Of a stretch of 64,000 nucleotides of DNA, positions 57,955 to 64,000 are shown piece by piece. Position 1 is the first letter of the stretch, and the number at the start of each line of letters is the position of its first letter. The notes under the pieces are model-generated. The model saw nothing but the letters and a program-made list of their open reading frames with translations. It searched no databases and was not told the origin of the DNA. The stretch comes from an uncultured virus (IMG/VR IMGVR_UViG_3300033816_001043). Lineage: Duplodnaviria > Heunggongvirae > Uroviricota > Caudoviricetes. The stretch lies in IMG/VR virus record IMGVR_UViG_3300033816_001043. One strand, written 5' to 3'. The position numbers and the translations under genes are program-made.

Positions 57955-58786
57955 AACTTTGTTTATAAAATGTACCTGACGCTATGTCAGTGGATAAGTT
58001 TATGTGTTAAAATTGTTAAAAAATTTGAAAATGTCATTATGTCAGGTGGAGGGGACAATCCCTTTGAAGGGTTTTATGGTAATTAATTCCCACCTTTTCC
58101 CACAACTTACCACTGATAAATACATTCCAGCGTATTAAAAACCCACTTTTTTGTGTCTGGCGGTATCTGTAGAGGTATTTTTTTTACTATATACATTTCC
58201 CAGATAAAAATGTTAGTTATATATTTGAGTCGGGTGGGACATGTAATGTCTTAGGAATAGTATTAATATATGTTATAAAATGAATACTTCAACCCCCATC
58301 TTTGATGGAATTAATCGTATCTTTAAGTATCAAATCGTATCATATTTTGATGGATTACCATAACAATCCTTTCATAAACCCCTTATATAATTTACCAATA
58401 TATTTCCTGGAATGATATGGAATATCTATTATGAAATACCATAGTAAATTACTATCTTAGAGGACATTTCCCCACTTACCATATGTAGAGTCGAAGACAT
58501 ATAGAAAAGTGTTGTATGGGGGAATTGTGTGGGTTATATAATGGATTACCATAATGGTGGGGATTATATGTAAATGAATATAGTATTGGTAAAATATGGT
58601 CTTTTAGATGGGGGATTATATGTGAATGAATATAATGTAGTATTAATATATGAACGAGGGGAATGACATTCATAACGGAGTGGTTTGACCCCGACCGTAG
58701 GGATGGGGGAAAAATGAATGGAAATGGAGGTGAGTGAGTATATTAATATTACATTATGGTATTTATGTAGATAATATAATTTGAAT

Positions 58787-59239
58787 ATGAAACTAATAAT
58801 AACTGAAGAACAATATAGATTACTGATTGAGAATGAAGATGGTAAGAATCTTATTGATTTAACATCATTTGAGAATTTGAAACCATCAGCTTTGGATGAT
58901 ATGTTTTTACATATTAATAAAAAGAAGGGTGGGAAGTATGATGGATATTATATTGATGGGGATTTGGATTTATATGAAAGAGAGGCCGATGTTACCACTT
59001 TGGATTATTTGGTTAAGGTTGGTGGTAATCTTTATTTGGCAAATACAAAAATAGAATCTTTACCAAGATTGACTGAGGTTGGTGGTTTTTTGAATATAAC
59101 AAAAACCAAAATAAAATCATTACCAAAGTTATCATCGGTTGGGGGTTATTTGGCTTTACTTTTTACTCCCCTCTCTAAGAAGATTAGTAAAGAAGAATTG
59201 GAGAAACAAATAAATGTTGGAAGAGAAATATATCTATGA
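58787..59239 (+). CDS. LRR-like (LPxLxxVGG) repeat protein with MKLIITEEQ leader
   Basis: about 20-aa repeats. Confidence 0.75.
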   Translation: MKLIITEEQYRLLIENEDGKNLIDLTSFENLKPSALDDMFLHINKKKGGKYDGYYIDGDLDLYEREADVTTLDYLVKVGGNLYLANTKIESLPRLTEVGGFLNITKTKIKSLPKLSSVGGYLALLFTPLSKKISKEELEKQINVGREIYL

Positions 59240-59829
59240 AACTAATAATAACTGAAGAACAATATAGATTAATCATTGAGAATGAAAATGGTGGTAAGTT
59301 ATTTACTATACCAACTGAATTAATAAAGGATGAAGAAGGTATTGATAAACTATTCACATTATATCATAAAACTAAATCTAAAAAAGGTTGGGTTGGTATA
59401 AAGATTTTGGGTGACTTGAACTTGAGAATAATGAACTTTGACGATACTTTTCACTTATTTAGTTTATTACCTGAAATTGTTTATGTTAAGGGAAATATTT
59501 TATTACCTGAATATGATTTTGATTTCGATTTTAATAAATTGGAATATGTTGGTGGTAGTTTTAGAGGTCATTTGACAGGTGAAGTGTTATTACCAAAATT
59601 AAAAAAGGTTATGGGGTTTTTATCGTTATCTGTTAGTAATCTTACATCATTACCCGAACTAGAATATGTTGGAGGTGGTTTGAATTTGAGGCAAACACAG
59701 ATAAGTGAATTACCAAAATTAAAATATGTTGGTGAGGCAATGAGCTTGATGGGGACACCCTTTGCTAAGAAAACAAATAGAGAGGAACTAAGAAATAAAA
59801 TACAAGTAGGAGGAAATATATTATTATGA
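59236..59829 (+). CDS. LRR-like repeat protein, paralog
   Basis: LPELEYVGG repeats. Confidence 0.75.
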   Translation: MKLIITEEQYRLIIENENGGKLFTIPTELIKDEEGIDKLFTLYHKTKSKKGWVGIKILGDLNLRIMNFDDTFHLFSLLPEIVYVKGNILLPEYDFDFDFNKLEYVGGSFRGHLTGEVLLPKLKKVMGFLSLSVSNLTSLPELEYVGGGLNLRQTQISELPKLKYVGEAMSLMGTPFAKKTNREELRNKIQVGGNILL

Positions 59830-60476
59830 AACTAATAATAACTGAAGAACAATTAAGATTGATTATTGAAAGTGAGGGTGATGGTAAATTATTTAATGTG
59901 CCTAATGCTTTTTTACAAACAATAGGTGGTGTAACTAAGACCTTAAATCTTTATAACAAATTAAAAGATGTTAAAGGATTTGATGGAATTAAGGTTATTG
60001 GTAAATTGGATTATTATGAGATTGACGCTGATGATAATGATGACTTGGATAATTTCACCAATGAGGTTGTTTATATTGATGGAACTTTAATTTTGGCTGA
60101 AGAAAATCCTGATAATAATTTCGGTAAATTGAAAGTTATTGATGGTAATTTGAGAGGTTCTGAGGTTGATAATATTTCATTCCCCAATTTGGAATATGTA
60201 ACTGGTGATGTTAGTTTGGAAGATAGTGGTATTAGTGAATTACCGAAACTGAAAGAGGTTGATGGTTGTTTATATTTACAAAGAACAGGTATTCATTCAT
60301 TACCAGAATTGAAATCTGTTGGATTACATTTGAATCTTTATAACACAATTATTAAGGATTTACCTAAGTTAGAAATTGTTCAGGGTGTATTGACATTGAG
60401 ACATACACCTTTAGCTGATAAAAAAAATGAAGAGAAACTAAGAAAAATACAAGTAGGAGGACATCTTAATTTATGA
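59826..60476 (+). CDS. LRR-like repeat protein, paralog
   Basis: LPKLKEVDG-type repeats. Confidence 0.75.
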   Translation: MKLIITEEQLRLIIESEGDGKLFNVPNAFLQTIGGVTKTLNLYNKLKDVKGFDGIKVIGKLDYYEIDADDNDDLDNFTNEVVYIDGTLILAEENPDNNFGKLKVIDGNLRGSEVDNISFPNLEYVTGDVSLEDSGISELPKLKEVDGCLYLQRTGIHSLPELKSVGLHLNLYNTIIKDLPKLEIVQGVLTLRHTPLADKKNEEKLRKIQVGGHLNL

Positions 60477-61045
60477 AAATAATAATAACAGAAGAACAAT
60501 ATAGATTATTGATTGAGGGTGAGGGTAGATTACTTCCTGTACCTGAAGATATGTGGAATCAAGATGGTGGTATTACAAAGATTTATAGTTTATTTGACAA
60601 GACCAAGGACACTAAGAATTGGGTTGGTATAAAGGTAATTGGTGATTTGAGTTTAACATATGAGGATGACGAACATCTTAAAGATTTCTGTGAATACTTA
60701 GTTGAGGTTACAGGTGATTTTGAAATGTCAAACAGAAAAAGATTTGAATTTCCTTTATTAATTAAAGTTGATGGTGATGTTAATATTGCGAACTCGGATA
60801 TTGATTTTCCAAAATTGAGATATGTTGGGGGTGATTTTAGAGGAAGAGGAAGTGATACTGAGGAACTACCTGAATTGGAATATGTTGGTGGGTCATTATC
60901 ATTAAGAGAAACTTTTATTCAGGATTTGCCAAAATTGAAATATGTTGGTGATGTATTGAATATTATGGATTCATCCCTCTCTAAGAAAACTACTGAGAAA
61001 GAATTAAGAAGTAAAATAAATGTTGAAGGAAACATATGGTTATGA
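60473..61045 (+). CDS. LRR-like repeat protein, paralog
   Basis: LPELEYVGG repeats. Confidence 0.75.
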   Translation: MKIIITEEQYRLLIEGEGRLLPVPEDMWNQDGGITKIYSLFDKTKDTKNWVGIKVIGDLSLTYEDDEHLKDFCEYLVEVTGDFEMSNRKRFEFPLLIKVDGDVNIANSDIDFPKLRYVGGDFRGRGSDTEELPELEYVGGSLSLRETFIQDLPKLKYVGDVLNIMDSSLSKKTTEKELRSKINVEGNIWL

Positions 61046-61440
61046 AGTTAATAATTACAGAATCTCAATATAAGGAACTTAATAAGATTGATGATATCTA
61101 TGATGGTTTAGACCCATATTATCGTAGGAGGATTGATTATATTGATATAAAGGACGATATTGATATGAGGATTGGATTTAGGCAAGTTTTTCCTTCTCAA
61201 AGGGAAGCTTTGCACGGGCGTATGAATGTTCTTAAGAAAAGTCCTCGTGGTATTGATGGACATATCGATGATATAATTCATAATGTTGTTTGGAGTACAA
61301 TACCTGATGAGTGGGGTGGAAGTGAAGATGAAAGATTATTTGATTATGTTAATGAAATGACAGATAGAGTTAAAAAGAAATATCGTGGTTATATAATGGG
61401 TAAATTACTTAAAATGCTTGAAGATGAGGATAATAATTAA
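61042..61440 (+). CDS. hypothetical protein, paralog of 61424
   Basis: shared ESQY.ELNKIDD.YDGL.PY.RRRI and NVVW.TIPDE. Confidence 0.7.
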   Translation: MKLIITESQYKELNKIDDIYDGLDPYYRRRIDYIDIKDDIDMRIGFRQVFPSQREALHGRMNVLKKSPRGIDGHIDDIIHNVVWSTIPDEWGGSEDERLFDYVNEMTDRVKKKYRGYIMGKLLKMLEDEDNN

Positions 61441-61768
61441 TGAATCTCAATATGACGAACTAAATAAGATTGATGATGTCTATGATGGATTGAAACCTTA
61501 TTTTAGGAGGAGAATTAAATATATTAATATTCCTGAGGCAATTGATAGGGTAATTAAAAATATTGACAGATTTTATGATAAGACCGCGACATTTCATTAT
61601 TTAGTTACAAGGGTTATTAGTAATGTCGTATGGGAAACTATACCTGATGAAATGGGTGCAAATACTAATATGGAATTATTTGAATATCACGATACAATGG
61701 CCGCCAACATAATGGACAAGTATGGTGAATACATTAAAAGATTGGTTAGAAAAAGAATGGATAAATGA
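61424..61768 (+). CDS. hypothetical protein, paralog of 61042
   Basis: same shared blocks as 61042. Confidence 0.7.
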   Translation: MRIIINESQYDELNKIDDVYDGLKPYFRRRIKYINIPEAIDRVIKNIDRFYDKTATFHYLVTRVISNVVWETIPDEMGANTNMELFEYHDTMAANIMDKYGEYIKRLVRKRMDK

Positions 61769-62340
61769 AGGTAATAATAACTGAAGAACAATTTGATAAG
61801 TTCACAACTAAGATTAGACAACTAATTGACAACCAAGGTTTTATTGAGGCGAGTGAAATGATGGGTATCAATAAATTGAAGCTTGCTGAAATGAGTAATC
61901 TTCCTATAAAAGGTGATATCAGAGATTCAAGATTTACTGATGATAATGAAATTGTTGCAAGTGATTTGTTGTCTGATTTGGTAAAGAAAGATGACAAATA
62001 TAAAACTTGTAATCTTGAATATTTTATTGATGGAGTATTATTGTGGGAATGTAGATTTAAGGATGAGGAAAATTATTATTATGTTGGTGTTGATGCAACA
62101 CCATATTGGGCGGGTTATGAGAAAACACAAGTATCTATAACAAATATTCATATAGCACCAATTGATTCACCTGAGGACAAAGAAGAATATGTAATAAACA
62201 TATATGATGAAGAGTTTGATTGTCCTAAATCATTTGAAAATGTGAGTGAATTTGTTGATTGGTTTGAGAATGAATATAAACCAAAAACATATAATTACAT
62301 TAAAACTTTACTTGATAGATTTAAAAAAGAACAATTATGA
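61765..62340 (+). CDS. hypothetical protein, paralog of 63110
   Basis: shared NKLKLAE..LPIKGD, ATPYW, FDCPKSFEN. Confidence 0.7.
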   Translation: MKVIITEEQFDKFTTKIRQLIDNQGFIEASEMMGINKLKLAEMSNLPIKGDIRDSRFTDDNEIVASDLLSDLVKKDDKYKTCNLEYFIDGVLLWECRFKDEENYYYVGVDATPYWAGYEKTQVSITNIHIAPIDSPEDKEEYVINIYDEEFDCPKSFENVSEFVDWFENEYKPKTYNYIKTLLDRFKKEQL

Positions 62341-63110
62341 AAATAATAATAACTGAAGAACAACATAGATTGATTAAAGAATCAAAAGGAAAATTGGCCA
62401 AGATTAGTTTGAAATCTTTACCTGGTGATTCTAATGAAGAGAGATATCTTAACTTTATGAAACTATATAAGAAGGCCAAGGAAGCTAAAGGTTTCACTGG
62501 TATTCATATCATTGATGATTTGAACTTGAGCACGGCATTTATTAAATCATTGGGTGAGATTAAGAAAATTGATGGTGATTTATATTTAAGATTTTCATTT
62601 GTTGAAGACCTTGGTGATTTGGAATATGTTGGTGGTAATGTGTATTTGAAAGGGTCTGACCATTTAAAATCTCTTGGTAATCTTAGAGAAGTTGGTGGTG
62701 AATTGTCTATTGAAGATTGTGTTGAATTGGAAGATTTGGGTCAATTGGAAACTGTTAAAACCATTAAAGGATTGGAGACCACAAAGGTTACAAGTTTGGG
62801 TAATCTTAAAGAAATTGGTTATCTTTGGGGAGGTAATGATGTAGATATTACCGAAAATATTAAATCATTGGGTGAGTTGAGAAAGGTTGAAAAGTATCTT
62901 GATTTAAGTAAAAGTAAAATTGAAACTTTGGGTAACTTGGAATATGTTGGTGATTGGTTAGATTTAACCGATTCTCGAGTAGAAGATTTGGGTAATTTGA
63001 AGTTTGTTGGTTCTAGTATGAGTATATGGAGAACTCCATTATCTAATAAATATGACCCCAATGAAATCGAAGAAATGGTTGATATTCAAGGGGTATTAAA
63101 TTACGACTAA
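62337..63110 (+). CDS. LRR-like (LGNLxxVGG) repeat protein
   Basis: repeats plus MKIIITEEQ leader. Confidence 0.75.
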   Translation: MKIIITEEQHRLIKESKGKLAKISLKSLPGDSNEERYLNFMKLYKKAKEAKGFTGIHIIDDLNLSTAFIKSLGEIKKIDGDLYLRFSFVEDLGDLEYVGGNVYLKGSDHLKSLGNLREVGGELSIEDCVELEDLGQLETVKTIKGLETTKVTSLGNLKEIGYLWGGNDVDITENIKSLGELRKVEKYLDLSKSKIETLGNLEYVGDWLDLTDSRVEDLGNLKFVGSSMSIWRTPLSNKYDPNEIEEMVDIQGVLNYD

Positions 63111-63676
63111 TGAAAATAGTAATTACAGAAAATCAAATGGATAAGTTTGCCCAAAAATTAAGAATGGGTATTGAAAAACATGGGTTCACTGATACTGCCA
63201 GAATGACAGGTATGAATAAGTTGAAATTAGCTGAACTTAGTGGATTACCAATCAAAGGAGATACATTCCATAGTGAAAACGAAATTGTTGTTGGTGATTT
63301 ACTTAGAGATTTGGTTAATCAAAATAGAGAATACAAAACTTGTGAATTACATTATTCTGGATTAGAGGGTATAGTTGAATGGAATTGTAGGTTTAAGGAT
63401 GATGAAAACTATTATAGATTAACTATTGCTGCTACACCATATTGGGATGGTAATAATACACCTATTGATATGTTTAATGTTGAAGTAACTCCAATTTACT
63501 CACCTGAGGATAAAAAAGAGTTTGAAACTATTAATGATTATTTACACGAATTCGATTGTCCTAAATCATTTGAAAATGCTAATGAATTGATGGATTGGTT
63601 TAGGGAAATCTATATTCCAAAAACATATGATATTATTGTAAAAAGTTTAGAGGATTTTAAGGAGAGGGAATTGTAA
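63110..63676 (+). CDS. hypothetical protein, paralog of 61765
   Basis: same shared blocks as 61765. Confidence 0.7.
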   Translation: MKIVITENQMDKFAQKLRMGIEKHGFTDTARMTGMNKLKLAELSGLPIKGDTFHSENEIVVGDLLRDLVNQNREYKTCELHYSGLEGIVEWNCRFKDDENYYRLTIAATPYWDGNNTPIDMFNVEVTPIYSPEDKKEFETINDYLHEFDCPKSFENANELMDWFREIYIPKTYDIIVKSLEDFKEREL

Positions 63677-64000
63677 CTATCTCAAATTATGATTTATATC
63701 TAAATCTATTTTCATTGGTGTAAATGGTACAACAATATCATAAATAATATCATCTATTTCACTTTGTATTTCCCACCAAAAATCTTTTTCCCACAAATCA
63801 GAGTCCCATAAGTCATATGTTTCACCATCAATTAAAATTAGTGTAACTTCACCCTTTAATATTTTTACATATACAGCCCAAGTATCATTCATTCCCCAAT
63901 CAATATCTGTAATCATAAAATTAAAATCATATCCACCAGTTTTAATTTCAAAATCTTTTATTGAGAACTCTTTATCAATGAAGAAATCTTTGGCCAAATC
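63677..64000 (-). CDS. hypothetical protein, 5' end outside the window
   Basis: frame open to the window edge. Confidence 0.55.
   Translation of the reverse strand, partial: DLAKDFFIDKEFSIKDFEIKTGGYDFNFMITDIDWGMNDTWAVYVKILKGEVTLILIDGETYDLWDSDLWEKDFWWEIQSEIDDIIYDIVVPFTPMKIDLDINHNLR

Larger units (their letters stand above)
56300..58780. other. strand-switch region; candidate replication origin or genome-terminus junction
   Basis: gene polarity flips; G/C runs; DnaA-like boxes at 56591, 56613, 57989; inverted 12-13-mers. Confidence 0.5.

Noticed and set aside
58787..63110. Diversity-generating retroelement behind the LRR-like variation
   Set aside because: No reverse transcriptase and no adenine-specific template/variable repeat pair visible in the window.
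1..64000. Stop-codon reassignment as in some huge phages
   Set aside because: Genes are intact and densely packed in code 11, and I saw no suppressor tRNA.
1..64000. Bacterial chromosome or eukaryotic giant virus origin
   Set aside because: Dense orphan ORFs, tRNA arrays, homing endonucleases and lysins without housekeeping operons indicate a phage; bacterial promoters and peptidoglycan enzymes argue against an NCLDV.

Overview
AT-rich, gene-dense segment of a large (jumbo/huge) bacteriophage. The host is probably a Bacteroidota, because early genes carry TAnnTTTG/TTTG promoters. From left to right: (i) small early genes interleaved with two minus-strand tRNA arrays. These hold 23 tRNAs covering 19 amino acids (no tRNA-Asn seen), plus tRNA-like and other structured RNAs; (ii) a TROVE/Ro60-like vWA protein followed by three related small RNAs; (iii) large probable virion proteins, a GMP-reductase-like gene, dnaK, an AsnRS-like catalytic-domain protein, and a GAF-PAS-PAS histidine kinase/response-regulator module divergent from a GH19 endolysin; (iv) about 28 late-promoter genes whose proteins share an N-terminal MK(I/L)IITE(E/S)Q-type leader fused to varied cargo (wall hydrolases, an HD domain, LRR-like solenoids); (v) a strand-switch region with DnaA-like boxes and inverted elements (origin or terminus). 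Main finding: each tRNA array is preceded by an unannotated leader peptide and an intrinsic terminator, and each peptide is built almost entirely from the amino acids of the tRNAs in its own array. This points to a ribosome-stalling attenuator that could switch on replacement tRNAs when they are depleted. A third, Asn-rich leader and terminator precedes the AsnRS-like gene. All protein calls come from motif recognition by eye, without database searches.
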